A DNA stretch of 64,000 bases from an uncultured Anaerolineae bacterium (lineage in GTDB: Bacteria; Chloroflexota; Anaerolineae; JAADDB01): NCBI GenBank assembly GCA_964402285.1, contig CAYOAZ010000071.1:29209-93208 (forward strand). Reading direction: 5' to 3'. Numbering within the stretch: position 1 is the stretch's first letter; each line of letters opens with the position of its first letter. Below the pieces are notes generated by a model. The model was given only the letters and a program-made list of their open reading frames with translations. It was not told where the DNA came from and made no database searches. Shown piece after piece: positions 49,250 to 59,930 of this stretch. Position numbers and translations under genes: made by a program.

Positions 49250-49737
49250 CGTGCAACCTCTAGCAATCCTCGGGTATATCTCCTTCGGGTAACGTGAAAC
49301 CGTACGAATTTAAGCGTCTTGGCCCTGCAACTGAAAGGATCCTGTTGGCAAATTCTAGCGGCCTGGGCCCTCACCCCTCACCCCTCGTCCCTTGCTTAAC
49401 GTTGCGGGCTTCGTTTGCCAAGCCCCCTGGCGGGGGCTACGCCCAACCGCCCCGGCGGTTTCGCTCCACCGAAGGCCGCAGTTTTCAACTGCCGGCCGTC
49501 CCGGAGCCCCATCGACACGGGGCACGTTAAAATGGGAATGTTCCTGTATTACAAAGGTGAGCGACAGCATAGCACAGGACCCTCTGGAAGACAAATCAAT
49601 TTTCGCCCCATTGATGCGATGGTGTGAATGACAGAGCACGTACTTTTTGCCCCATATGCCGGATTTAAGTATCATAGTACCCGCATTCTCGAAGGTAGCA
49701 ATGCCTTTTTATCATATCTGGCTGTGGAGGCAAGGAA

Positions 49738-50283
49738 ATGCGTGTTATTTTGTTAGAGGACGTGGAAAAGTTAGGACGCGCCGGTGATGTTGTTGAAGTG
49801 AAAGACGGTTTCGCGCGCAATTACCTCATTCCCCAAGGTCTGGTCAAGCCCGCTACCAAGGGCGCGCTTAAGCAAGTAGACCAGATACGTCAGGCCGCGG
49901 AAAAACGCCGCGCACGTGAACGCAAAGTGGCCGAGGACATGGCCGCGGTCCTGAGTCGAACCACCATAGAGTTCCGTGCCCGAGCCGGATCTCGCAATCG
50001 GTTGTACGGATCTGTAACCAGCCACGATATCGCGGAGAAAATCTACGAAGTCACGGGCATTGAAATCGACCGCCGCTCCATCCAGTTGGAACGCCCCATC
50101 CGCCAACTGGGCGAGTACAAGGTGCCGGTGCGTTTGAGCGCTGGCGTGGTGGGCGAGGTGTTCGTCCGCGTGTTGAACGAACAGGGCGAGTTGCCCGAGA
50201 TTGTGGAGTGGGAAGAAGCAGAAGAGGGCGAAGTCCCTTCGGCAGAAGGTGAACCCACCCCAGAAACCGCGACCGAAGCATAA
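49738..50283 (+). CDS. rplI: 50S ribosomal protein L9
   Basis: MRVILLEDVEKLGRAGDVVEVKDGFARNYLIPQGLV N-domain; an acidic C-terminal extension. Confidence 0.9.
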   Translation: MRVILLEDVEKLGRAGDVVEVKDGFARNYLIPQGLVKPATKGALKQVDQIRQAAEKRRARERKVAEDMAAVLSRTTIEFRARAGSRNRLYGSVTSHDIAEKIYEVTGIEIDRRSIQLERPIRQLGEYKVPVRLSAGVVGEVFVRVLNEQGELPEIVEWEEAEEGEVPSAEGEPTPETATEA

Positions 50284-50406
50284 CCGTAGTTCACAGTATT
50301 CGACCGTTTTGCAGGCGAGGGCCCGGGGCCGTGGATCTTTTTGCCATCCCCGGCCCTCTTCCCCTACTCCAATAACATACATGTGGAAAACAGAGAAAGG
50401 CCAAAC

Positions 50407-50961
50407 ATGACCCGACGATTCGTGTTCATCGTCGTCCTGATCATCACCGTCTTCGTCATTGGTGCATGTGGTGGCAAACACGAGCCCACCCCTATTCCGA
50501 CTCTGTCCAACGTAACGGTCATCCCGCTTTCTCCCACCCCTGGTCAGCCGCACGTGCCCAAGTACCTTCCCACCCGTCCCCCCGCCACACCGCGCCCTAC
50601 ACCGGTGCAGCCTGCTCCTACCTCTACCCCTGAGGTAGCAACTGCCATCGTGACCATTGGGGCGACGCCGACATCTCCCATCCCCAAAGCAGAGGTGGTA
50701 ATTAACCAGGCGGTGGGGTACAACGGACCAGGAGAGGAATTTGTCCCGGTAGGCGTGTTAACCGCGGGGGATCAGGTGGTGGTGGAGGAGCGTTCTCCGG
50801 ACGGCCAGTGGTTGCACGTGTGTTGTTTTGCCGGGCGGCCAGGCTGGATTGCGTTAAAGGCGGTGCGTCCACTGACTGATCTGAGCGCGGTACCGGTTGC
50901 CACATCCATACCGCCCAAACCCGGCACGTCGCCTCTGGCGACACCCACACCTGGCCCATGA
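50407..50961 (+). CDS. Lipoprotein with a Pro/Thr-rich linker and a bacterial SH3-like domain
   Basis: Signal peptide with lipobox-like VIGAC; PT-rich linker; C-terminal SH3b-like segment (AVGYNGPGEEFVPVGVLTAGDQVVVEERSPDGQWLHV). Confidence 0.5.
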   Translation: MTRRFVFIVVLIITVFVIGACGGKHEPTPIPTLSNVTVIPLSPTPGQPHVPKYLPTRPPATPRPTPVQPAPTSTPEVATAIVTIGATPTSPIPKAEVVINQAVGYNGPGEEFVPVGVLTAGDQVVVEERSPDGQWLHVCCFAGRPGWIALKAVRPLTDLSAVPVATSIPPKPGTSPLATPTPGP

Positions 50962-50980
50962 ACAAACCGGGAGGTGCCTC

Positions 50981-52006
50981 ATGGCTAGCAAGATAAACGT
51001 CGGCGTGATCGGCGTTGGGCGCATCGGACGCATGCACGTGCGCAATTTGACCACGCAAGTGCCGGATGCGCGTGTGGTTGCTGTGGCCGACATCATCGAG
51101 GAAGCTGCTCACCAGGTTGCAGCCACGTACAACGTGCCTGAAGCCTACGGAGATCCCCGTTACATTATCGAACACAAGGACATCGACGCAGTCGTCATTT
51201 GTTCCAGCACAGACACCCACGCGATGCTCATCGAGCAGGCCGCGGAAGCAGGAAAACACATCTTTTGCGAAAAGCCCCTGGACCTGGACCTGGCCCGCAT
51301 TGACCAGGTGCTGGCCAAAGTAGATGCCGCGGGCGTGAAGTTACAGGTCGGCTTTCAACGTCGCTTCGATCCCAGTTTCCGACGGGCGCGGGATCTCATC
51401 GCGGAGGGTAAAATTGGTGAGCCGCACATCGTGCGCATTACCAGCCGAGACCCAGGACCACCTCCCCTTGCTTACATCAAAGTCTCCGGAGGCATCTTCC
51501 TGGACATGACCATTCACGACTTTGATATGAGCCGCTTTTTAACCGGAGACGAGGCAGAGGAGGTCTTCGCAGTCGGAAACGTGCTGGTCGACCCGCAAAT
51601 CGGCGAGGTCGGGGATATTGACACAGCCATCGTGACCATGCGCTTCCGGCAAGGGAGTTTGGTGACCATTGACAACAGCCGCAAGGCTGTGTACGGGTAC
51701 GACCAACGCATAGAGGTGCTGGGGTCCAAAGGCATGGTGGCCGTGGGCAACAAAGTACCGGACCATGTACTGTACGCGGATGATGCCGGCATCCACACAG
51801 CAAAGCCCGTGTACTTCTTCATTGAACGGTATACCGAGGCGTACGTGGCCGAAATGCAAGCCTTTATCCAGGCCATTGTCGAGGACACCGAGCCACTGGT
51901 AACGGGTGTAGATGGGCGCATGCCCGTGGTCATGGGCTACGCGGCCAAGAAGTCCCTGGCAGAAGGTCGGCCGGTTCGCCTGGAAGAAGTGGACACACGA
52001 AAGTAA
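50981..52006 (+). CDS. Gfo/Idh/MocA-family oxidoreductase (myo-inositol 2-dehydrogenase-like)
   Basis: Rossmann motif [12 protein letters not shown] and the EKP catalytic region (IFCEKPLDL). Start at MASKINVG. Confidence 0.85.
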   Translation: MASKINVGVIGVGRIGRMHVRNLTTQVPDARVVAVADIIEEAAHQVAATYNVPEAYGDPRYIIEHKDIDAVVICSSTDTHAMLIEQAAEAGKHIFCEKPLDLDLARIDQVLAKVDAAGVKLQVGFQRRFDPSFRRARDLIAEGKIGEPHIVRITSRDPGPPPLAYIKVSGGIFLDMTIHDFDMSRFLTGDEAEEVFAVGNVLVDPQIGEVGDIDTAIVTMRFRQGSLVTIDNSRKAVYGYDQRIEVLGSKGMVAVGNKVPDHVLYADDAGIHTAKPVYFFIERYTEAYVAEMQAFIQAIVEDTEPLVTGVDGRMPVVMGYAAKKSLAEGRPVRLEEVDTRK

Positions 52007-52040
52007 CTCACAGGATCGGGCAGAGGATAGGGGGCTGCTC

Positions 52041-53324
52041 ATGCGAACATTAGCGATGATTCTGGCGGGCGGCGCGGGGACTCGCCTCACCGTGCTCTCC
52101 GAGCACCGAGCCAAACCCGCGGTCCCCTTCGCGGGACGGTATCGCATCATTGACTTTACACTGTCCAACTGTGTGAACTCGGGCATCTACGATGTGGGCG
52201 TGTTGACCCAGTATCTGCCTCGGTCCTTAATCGAGCACATCGGCATTGGTCGTCCCTGGGATCTGGACCGGACCCGGGGAGGGGTTCACATCCTCCAACC
52301 GTACCAGGGGCGGGGCGGGCAATTCTGGTATAAGGGTACCGCGGACGCGATCCTCCAGAACCTGGACTTCATCCGGGACCGTCGCGCCGATGCTGTGCTC
52401 ATCCTTTCGGGCGATCACATTTACAAGATGGACTATCGCCCTCTACTGGAACGACACCGGGAGCGGGGCGCGGATTTGACCGTTGCCGTGATGAATGTGC
52501 CCGAGGAGGAAACCCACCGCTTTGGGATTCTGACCACCAACAAGCAGGGGCGTGTGGTTGAATTTCACGAAAAGCCCAAGACCCGGGATAAGGGCACACT
52601 GGCGAACATGGGCATATACGTCTTCCGCACCGCTGTGTTGGAAGAGCGCCTCATCGAACTGGCCCAGCAGCACGAAGACCTGGATTTTGGCAAACACGTC
52701 ATCCCCGCGATGGTAGAGCGAGGGGACAAGGTATACACCTACCAATTTGACGGCTATTGGGTAGATGTGGGCACTATAGAGGCCTACTGGAAGACAAGCA
52801 TGGAATTGCTTTCTCCGGACGCGCCCCTTGAACTCTACGACCGTTCCTGGGTAATTCACACGCGCAGTTACGAACGTCCTGCCGCGAAGTTCGGTCCTCA
52901 GGCGCGAGTGCAGCAGAGCATGATCTGCAACGGATCCATGATCCGCGGGGAAGTGATCCGCTCTGTGCTGAGCCCAGGAGTTTACGTGTCCCCTGGAGCA
53001 GTGGTTCGCGAATCCGTTGTGATGAACGACACGTGGATCGGACCCGGCGCTGTGCTGGACCGAGTCATCGTGGACAAGCATGTGGTCATTGGCGCGGGGG
53101 CTCACGTGGGGTGGGGTGACGATATGCGGGAGAACATCCTGTTGCCGGATAAACTCTACGCGGGGATTACTGTGGTGGGCAAAGGCGCCCACATTCCTGC
53201 CCACATCCGTGTGGGGCGCAATGTGCTCATCCGTCCGAACGTGGATGAAGACGCGTTTGTTCCCTTCGGTGATGAGGTGCCTTCGGGAGAGACGGTAGGA
53301 GGTGAACGCCATGAATCCCAATGA
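52041..53324 (+). CDS. glgC: Glucose-1-phosphate adenylyltransferase
   Basis: [24 protein letters not shown] and C-terminal left-handed beta-helix repeats. Start at MRTLAMIL. Confidence 0.9.
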   Translation: MRTLAMILAGGAGTRLTVLSEHRAKPAVPFAGRYRIIDFTLSNCVNSGIYDVGVLTQYLPRSLIEHIGIGRPWDLDRTRGGVHILQPYQGRGGQFWYKGTADAILQNLDFIRDRRADAVLILSGDHIYKMDYRPLLERHRERGADLTVAVMNVPEEETHRFGILTTNKQGRVVEFHEKPKTRDKGTLANMGIYVFRTAVLEERLIELAQQHEDLDFGKHVIPAMVERGDKVYTYQFDGYWVDVGTIEAYWKTSMELLSPDAPLELYDRSWVIHTRSYERPAAKFGPQARVQQSMICNGSMIRGEVIRSVLSPGVYVSPGAVVRESVVMNDTWIGPGAVLDRVIVDKHVVIGAGAHVGWGDDMRENILLPDKLYAGITVVGKGAHIPAHIRVGRNVLIRPNVDEDAFVPFGDEVPSGETVGGERHESQ

Positions 53325-54585
53325 CGCGGTAGCCCTTATCCTGGCTGGCGGCGCCAGTCCTGCTTTGAGCGTGCTCACAGCCGTCCGCACAGAAGCAGCG
53401 ATTCCCTTTGGGGGAAAATATCGCATCATTGACTTTCCCCTATCCAACTGCGTGAACTCCGAAATCTACAACGTGGCCGTTCTCACCCAGTACCGTCCTC
53501 GTTCCCTCAACGAACACATTGGCACCGGTCGTCCCTGGGACCTGGACCGCACCACCGGGGGCGTGCACCTCCTCCAACCGTACCTGAAAGAGCCGGGCGA
53601 AAGTGTGCGCTGGCAGGAAGGCACCGCGGACGCTGTGCGCTTTCACATTGATTTCCTGGAAGAACAACGGGAGGATCTTGTCCTCATCCTGGCTGGAGAC
53701 CACGTGTACAAGATGGATTATCGCCCCCTGATCGCGTATCACCTGGAAAAGGGAGCCGACGTCACCATTGCAGTGCGTTCAGTGCCCCGCTACGAAGCGC
53801 ACCGTTACGGCATTCTGGTCGTCGACGCGGAGGGACAAGTCATCCAGCACGTGGAAAAACCCAAGCGCCCTCCCAGCACACTGGCGAGCATGGGCATTTA
53901 CGTGTTCAACCGACGGTTGCTGGTGAACTGGCTTACTGGCCCTGGTAAGCACCAGAAGGATTTCGGCCGCGAAGTGCTCCCATCAATGGTCGAATCTGGC
54001 AAGCGCTTATTTGCTTACCCCTTCTTCGGTTACTGGACGGATATCGGAACAGTCCAGGCGTATTGGGAAGCGAACATGGCCCTTCTGGCCGAGACGCCCG
54101 CACTGGACCTGGACGACCCCGAGTGGGTGATTCACACGCGCAGTGAAGAACGTCCGCCCATCCTCCTGGGAAGCGACGCGGTCATGGAAGGCTCCCTGGC
54201 CTCGGACGGCGCGATCATCGAGGGCAAGGTGGTTCGCTCCGTGATCTCGCCGGGCGTGCGCATTGAACCGGGGGCAGAAGTGCGGGATTCCATCCTGTTG
54301 ACAGATGTCTACGTAAAAGCAGGTGCTGTATTGGACAAAGTAATTGTGGACAAGAACGTGGTCATCGGTGAGAACGCGCGTGTGGGCGTGGACGATGAAG
54401 CGAACGCGGCCAATCGGGACCTCCCAGACGTGTTGAACACCGGTCTCACCCTTATTGGAAAGGGAGCCGAGGTGCCTGACAACGCGGTAATTGGTCGGAA
54501 CTGTGTTGTGCGTCCTTACACACCGGCCAAACGTTTTCCCAAAGAAGCAGTGCCCAGTGGCACAACGATTCCTATCGCGCAATGA
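53311..54585 (+). CDS. GlgC paralogue lacking the canonical GGxGxRL motif (GlgD-like regulatory or divergent subunit)
   Basis: Same fold and length as GlgC, but the nucleotide-binding loop reads LAGGASPAL. Immediately follows and overlaps glgC. Confidence 0.7.
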   Translation: MNPNDAVALILAGGASPALSVLTAVRTEAAIPFGGKYRIIDFPLSNCVNSEIYNVAVLTQYRPRSLNEHIGTGRPWDLDRTTGGVHLLQPYLKEPGESVRWQEGTADAVRFHIDFLEEQREDLVLILAGDHVYKMDYRPLIAYHLEKGADVTIAVRSVPRYEAHRYGILVVDAEGQVIQHVEKPKRPPSTLASMGIYVFNRRLLVNWLTGPGKHQKDFGREVLPSMVESGKRLFAYPFFGYWTDIGTVQAYWEANMALLAETPALDLDDPEWVIHTRSEERPPILLGSDAVMEGSLASDGAIIEGKVVRSVISPGVRIEPGAEVRDSILLTDVYVKAGAVLDKVIVDKNVVIGENARVGVDDEANAANRDLPDVLNTGLTLIGKGAEVPDNAVIGRNCVVRPYTPAKRFPKEAVPSGTTIPIAQ

Positions 54586-54598
54586 GGCCCGATAGAAC

Positions 54599-56755
54599 AT
54601 GACCTACCCTCTTCACGTCGCGTTTATTTGGCATCATCACCAGCCGTATTACCGACAGCCCGACCGGGACATGTACATCCTGCCCTGGGTACGGGTCCAC
54701 GCGGCGAAGGATTACCTTCACATGGCGGATATCTTACGCCGTCACCCCCAGGTGCACGCCACCTTCAACCTGGTGCCCGCGCTCCTGGAACAACTTCTGG
54801 CGTACGCCAACGGCCAAGCCGAAGACCCCATGACCCTATTGGGAAAAAAGGACACGTGGACCGAAGAGGAGAAACGTCTCATCCTCAACCTGGGCTTCAG
54901 CATCAACTGGCAGCACATCGCGTTTCAGTATCCCCGCTATCGTGAACTGATCCAGCGCCGCGACACGGCATTGCGCGATCCCAACACCTTCTCCCGACAG
55001 GATTACCTGGACCTGATAGCCTGGTTCAACCTGGCCTGGACCCACCGTACCTACATTGAAGAGGATGAGCGTTTGCGATCCCTGGTGGAGAAGGGCCGAG
55101 ACTTCACAGTGGAAGACGTGGAGACCATCGTCTCCGTGCACCGGGAACTGTGTGCGCGGGCAATTCACGCGTACAAAGAACTGGCTGAAAACGGACAAAT
55201 CGAGATCACCTTCAGCCCCTACCACCACCCAATTCTTCCCCTCCTGATAAACACCGACCACGCCCGGCGGGCCACCCCCCAAATCGAAACCCCGCAACCG
55301 CCGTTTAAAGCCCCAGAGGACGCGTGGGCTCAGATTGTGGAGGGAAAACGCTTTGCTGAGAACGTGTTTCAGCGCACGTTGCATGGCATCTGGCCTTCGG
55401 AACAGGCCGTTTCTCCTGAGACAGTGGCCCAGTTCGCCCGGGCAGGGGTGCGCTGGTTCGTGAGCGACGAAGCCATTCTCGGGCGTTCACTGGGAATCTA
55501 CTTTCACCGGGACGAACAAGAGCAAGTCATTGAATCTCAACGCTTGTACCAACCTTATCGAGTGACCACACCTCAAGGGGATGTGATAGCCGTCTTTCGG
55601 GATCACACCCTATCGGACAAAATCGGGTTTGTGTACATGCATTACCCGCCGTATCAAGCAGCCGAGGATTTAATTGTGCGGCTTCAGACAATATACTACC
55701 GAGTCCACGCTGCCGACACTCCCTACCTCGTGGTGATTGCTCTGGACGGAGAGAACGCGTGGGAGCATTATGAGGACAACGGCGAGCCCTTCCTGGAAGA
55801 TTTGTACCGACGTTTAGAGGACCATCCCTACCTGCAAACTGTGACCGTCTCCGAGTACCTGGATCAGTTCCCCGTGCGAGAGCAGTTGAACACCCTGGCA
55901 ACAGGATCGTGGATTAACGGGGACTTGACCACCTGGATCGGGGATCCCGCCCACACTGCCGCGTGGAGTTTGCTGCGGGATGCTCGTCAGGCGTTGGAAG
56001 AACAGAGCGAATCCTGGCAGCATAACCACAATCGCAGCGAGACCCTGGAGCGGGCGCGGCACCACATCTACATTGCTGAGGCCAGCGACTGGTTCTGGTG
56101 GTATTCCCAGCGCAACGTCTCGGACCAGGACGCGCTCTTTGACGCGCTGTTTCGGGACAATTTGGCCAACGTGTACCGCATTCTCGGGCGGCCGGTACCC
56201 CGTGAAGTGGAGACGCCCATTGTAGGTCGCCCCTTGCCCTTGCCCGAAGCCTTGCCCGCGCCCTTCTTTACCCCACCCCTGGACGCCAATCCAGATCCCT
56301 CCCTGCACTGGAACAAAGCGCACGTGTTGCGTCCCCACCTCTCCCTGGGCACCATGCAGATGGCTCAGCCGCCCATAAAGACCGTGCGTTTAGGCTACGA
56401 TCGCACATACCTGTACATCCGTCTTGAACTGGGGGCCCCCACTGTGGAAGACATTGTCGTTTCCTTCACCGGCCCTGTAGGCGCGGTAGGAGATATTATT
56501 GTGCCACGTTGTGGCGTTGGCCTTCCCATGATGTGGCGTTACGGCCACCCGGTCAAAGTGGACATGCGGTTTCAGTGCCGGGAGGACGTTATCGAACTGG
56601 CTGTGCCATTGCAGGCCCTGGACATTTATCCGGGGGACACGTTGGGCGTGCGCGTGGGGTTATTCCGGGATGGTCGTTTAGAATACGCACTCCCTGCGGA
56701 CACCCCTTACCCGCTTCCCATTGTCGTCTCGCCCTCTGGGGATACCGACGCGTGA
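54599..56755 (+). CDS. Glycoside hydrolase family 57 protein (alpha-glucan branching / amylase-type)
   Basis: GH57 N-terminal signature HVAFIWHHHQPYY and catalytic-region motifs (WVSDEA, DGENAWE). Confidence 0.85.
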   Translation: MTYPLHVAFIWHHHQPYYRQPDRDMYILPWVRVHAAKDYLHMADILRRHPQVHATFNLVPALLEQLLAYANGQAEDPMTLLGKKDTWTEEEKRLILNLGFSINWQHIAFQYPRYRELIQRRDTALRDPNTFSRQDYLDLIAWFNLAWTHRTYIEEDERLRSLVEKGRDFTVEDVETIVSVHRELCARAIHAYKELAENGQIEITFSPYHHPILPLLINTDHARRATPQIETPQPPFKAPEDAWAQIVEGKRFAENVFQRTLHGIWPSEQAVSPETVAQFARAGVRWFVSDEAILGRSLGIYFHRDEQEQVIESQRLYQPYRVTTPQGDVIAVFRDHTLSDKIGFVYMHYPPYQAAEDLIVRLQTIYYRVHAADTPYLVVIALDGENAWEHYEDNGEPFLEDLYRRLEDHPYLQTVTVSEYLDQFPVREQLNTLATGSWINGDLTTWIGDPAHTAAWSLLRDARQALEEQSESWQHNHNRSETLERARHHIYIAEASDWFWWYSQRNVSDQDALFDALFRDNLANVYRILGRPVPREVETPIVGRPLPLPEALPAPFFTPPLDANPDPSLHWNKAHVLRPHLSLGTMQMAQPPIKTVRLGYDRTYLYIRLELGAPTVEDIVVSFTGPVGAVGDIIVPRCGVGLPMMWRYGHPVKVDMRFQCREDVIELAVPLQALDIYPGDTLGVRVGLFRDGRLEYALPADTPYPLPIVVSPSGDTDA

Positions 56756-56993
56756 GCCATGAGGAACTCCGCACCTGTGGGTCCATCTTCTTGGTTTGAA
56801 CACGAAATCCTTTGGCAATTGGAAAAACCTTCCTCGTTATGTTATGATCCCCGCTAGTCAAAAAACGGGCTACAAAAGCCTGTAATCTCGCGGTTGTGTA
56901 AGGGCTTACTAACGCCCTACCTGTGTACATTTGCAATGACAAGGTGTTCCCCGCGTTGGGGAGATACCGAGATGTGGGGGAAAGGGGACAACG

Positions 56994-58655
56994 TTGACCG
57001 CCCAACGGCAGGTTCTGGTCATTGGCTTGGACGGCGCTACATATCGCATTATTGATCCATTGCTAGAAGCGGGTGAACTGCCCACGCTAGCACGCATTAT
57101 CCGGGAAGGTGCGCGAGGGACCCTTCGGTCCACGATTCCACCCAATTCCGCGCCCGCGTGGACCACCTTCCTCACCGGCGTGAATCCCGGAAAGCACGGC
57201 ATTCTCGACTTCCGCGAAGTGGACCTCCGACAGTACACCCTGTACACAGGACGGTTTGTGAACTCCACGGCCTTTGCCGGCCATACCATCCTGGACCTCA
57301 TTGGCCAGCAGACGCGTGGGGTAGTCTCCTTCCGCGTGCCGATGACCTACCCGGTTTGGCCGGTGAACGGCATCCTGGTGGCAGGGTATCCCACACCTGA
57401 CCGCAAAAAGGCATACACATACCCGCCGGAACTGTCCGACGCGTTGACGCCCATCGCACTGCACAGTCACGAGGAAATTGCCCGGGCCACCCCCGAGGAC
57501 GAACGGGCCAACGCGGACTACGAAATTGAGGTGCTCCTCAAATTTATGAGCGCGTGGTTGCGCGAGAACCAGCAGGACTTCTACGTCGCGGTTACGGGCA
57601 TTACTGACGGTTTTCACCACAAGTTTTGGAAGTACCATGACCCCTCTCATCCACTGCACAATCCCGACTGGCCTGACGAGTTAAAGGACATTATCCGTGA
57701 GTACTATCGCCGTCTGGACCGGATGGTGGGGGAATTGATCCGGTTGGTGGACGAACGGTGGTTGGTTGTGGTGATGAGCGACCACGGTGGAGGTCCCCGA
57801 CCGCATCGCCTGTTCAACACCAACGCGTGGTTAGCCCAACAGGGGTGGCTTCACGTCAGCGCGAAAGGCGGCTCGCGCACACTCTATCGTTGGGCTCGGT
57901 ATGGTGCAGAATGGCTACGGAATCACTTACCGCGACGCAACTGGTTGTATGATCATATGCCTCAGTTCCTCCGGCGGAAGGCTGTGGAAGTCCGACAGGG
58001 CCAGGGTTTAATCGATTGGGCGCGCACGCAGGCCTATCGGGTGCCCTTGCAATTTCCCGCGGAGGGCATCGAGATCAACCTGAAAGGCCGCCAACCTCAG
58101 GGCATTGTGTCCGCAGAAGCCTATGAACCCCTGCGCGAGGCCATTATTCACGCCCTTCGACAGGTGCGTGATCCAGAGACCGGTCAGCCCGTCGTAGTGG
58201 ATGTATGGAAGCGAGAGGACGTGTACTCAGGGCCTTATCTCGACCAGATGCCTGACATCGTGTTCCTGACCGCGGATCACCTGGCGTGTGGGACGGACCT
58301 GGACGCGGTGTTCACCGAACTCCCCCTCTCCTTCCTGGAGCGCTTGAGTGGTGATCACACCATGACAGGAATTACCCTCTTCTGGGGAGAAGGAGTTCAG
58401 CCAGGAGTCGAATTTAACCTGGACATCGTGGATTTGCCACCCACACTCGTTTGGGCATTGGGGTTGGACGTCCCGGAGGACATGGACGGTCGGGTGCTCA
58501 CCGAAGCGTTTACCCCTGAGTACGTGCGCGCACACCCGGTCTCCTTTGGCCCCCCGTACTGGCATCAGAATGCAGATGACGAGGATGTGTTAACAGCCGA
58601 GGAGGAAGCAGAGATCCGCAAGGCCCTGGCGGGGTTAGGATATGTGGAGGAATGA
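56994..58655 (+). CDS. Alkaline-phosphatase-superfamily protein (type I phosphodiesterase / nucleotide pyrophosphatase family)
   Basis: N-terminal VLVIGLDGATY...NSAPAWTTFLTG metal-site region; alternative (TTG) start as in the ORF track. Confidence 0.7.
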   Translation: MTAQRQVLVIGLDGATYRIIDPLLEAGELPTLARIIREGARGTLRSTIPPNSAPAWTTFLTGVNPGKHGILDFREVDLRQYTLYTGRFVNSTAFAGHTILDLIGQQTRGVVSFRVPMTYPVWPVNGILVAGYPTPDRKKAYTYPPELSDALTPIALHSHEEIARATPEDERANADYEIEVLLKFMSAWLRENQQDFYVAVTGITDGFHHKFWKYHDPSHPLHNPDWPDELKDIIREYYRRLDRMVGELIRLVDERWLVVVMSDHGGGPRPHRLFNTNAWLAQQGWLHVSAKGGSRTLYRWARYGAEWLRNHLPRRNWLYDHMPQFLRRKAVEVRQGQGLIDWARTQAYRVPLQFPAEGIEINLKGRQPQGIVSAEAYEPLREAIIHALRQVRDPETGQPVVVDVWKREDVYSGPYLDQMPDIVFLTADHLACGTDLDAVFTELPLSFLERLSGDHTMTGITLFWGEGVQPGVEFNLDIVDLPPTLVWALGLDVPEDMDGRVLTEAFTPEYVRAHPVSFGPPYWHQNADDEDVLTAEEEAEIRKALAGLGYVEE

Positions 58656-58760
58656 CCCTGTAGATGAACGATTTGTCATCTAGAATCGGGATTCCGTTCA
58701 TCCCGATTTCATATAACCCGGGTAGGATAAAAAGGGTCCGATAAGCCCGTGTTTTAAGGC

Positions 58761-59930
58761 ATGGCAGAGATCTCGGGAGGACAAAGGAACATAAAGCCGA
58801 TCACCGTACTGCACGTGATTGACACGTTAGGTTTTGGGGGGGCGGAACGATTCCTGGTGGGATTGGTGCAGCACATGGATAGGAATCGGTTTCGCCCTTT
58901 AGTTGCCTGGCTAAGCGAGGGGGGAGCGTTCGCGGATGATTTGCAGCAACAGGGCATTCCGGTGATCGGACTTCGCGCTCGTGGGCACCGGGACATGCGA
59001 GCGCTCGCGCGTTTAGCGCGGTTGATGAGGGAACAACGGGTATGCGTTTTGAACACCCACTTGTTTGTGGACGGATTTTACGGGCGTTTATCCGCCCTGT
59101 GGACGGGTGTACCCGTGCGGGTGGTCACCCAGCAGAACGCGTACGATGACCCGAGACTCAGGTTGCCCACGTGGCAGATATGGGCCAATCGCCTGTTGGT
59201 CCCAGTAACACACAAGTTCATTGCAGTGTCTCAAGCAGCACGGGACTACCTGCACCGGGTGGAGTGGGTACCGGAACAGAAGATCACGGTGATACCCAAC
59301 GCCATTACTCCGCCCGCCCCTCCGGATCCGGCGCAGGTGTACGAACTGCGCAACCAGTGGTTGGGGCATCGGGTGGGCCCGCTTATCGGCACGGTTGCTC
59401 GTTTGCAGCCGCAAAAAGGGTTGGATGTCCTGTTGCAGGCAGTGCACCTTTTACAACCTGAATTGCCGGACCTGCGAGCAGTTCTTGTGGGGGAAGGTCC
59501 CCTGCGCAGCACCCTGGAGCGTCAGGCCCGAGATCTGGGGATTGCCGACCGGGTGATCTTCGCGGGGACACGGCGGGACATTCCGACGGTTTTGGCCGCG
59601 CTGGACGTGTTCGTGCTACCCTCCCGCTTTGAGGGCCTTTCCCTGGCCTTGCTGGAGGCCATGAGCATGGCCCGTCCTGTGGTGGCGACCGCGGTCTCGG
59701 GCACTGTGGAAGTCATTCGGGACGGTGAGACAGGAGTGCTGGTTCCCCCAGAGGACGCGAGCGCGCTGGCCGCGGGCATTCGTGTCATGTGGGAACAACG
59801 GGATAGGGCGCAACGCATGGGCGAGAACGCTCGACGCCTTGTCCTTGAACGTTATACTATTCGGGCCGTTGCCAAGGCCTACGAAGAAGTCTACGAAACA
59901 CTGCTTAGAGGGGGATGTGCAAATGCGTAA
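58761..59930 (+). CDS. Glycosyltransferase family 4 protein
   Basis: GT-B fold with the C-terminal E-x7-E region (FVLPSRFEGLSLALLEAM). Confidence 0.85.
   Translation: MAEISGGQRNIKPITVLHVIDTLGFGGAERFLVGLVQHMDRNRFRPLVAWLSEGGAFADDLQQQGIPVIGLRARGHRDMRALARLARLMREQRVCVLNTHLFVDGFYGRLSALWTGVPVRVVTQQNAYDDPRLRLPTWQIWANRLLVPVTHKFIAVSQAARDYLHRVEWVPEQKITVIPNAITPPAPPDPAQVYELRNQWLGHRVGPLIGTVARLQPQKGLDVLLQAVHLLQPELPDLRAVLVGEGPLRSTLERQARDLGIADRVIFAGTRRDIPTVLAALDVFVLPSRFEGLSLALLEAMSMARPVVATAVSGTVEVIRDGETGVLVPPEDASALAAGIRVMWEQRDRAQRMGENARRLVLERYTIRAVAKAYEEVYETLLRGGCANA

Noticed and set aside
49380-49520. Possible tmRNA or SRP RNA
   Set aside because: It lacks the tmRNA 5' GGGG..GGUUUCGAC and 3' T-arm/CCA elements, and lacks the SRP helix-8 GGAAGGAAGCAGCC-type motif. 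The apparent tag-like reading frame on the minus strand does not end in a typical tag.
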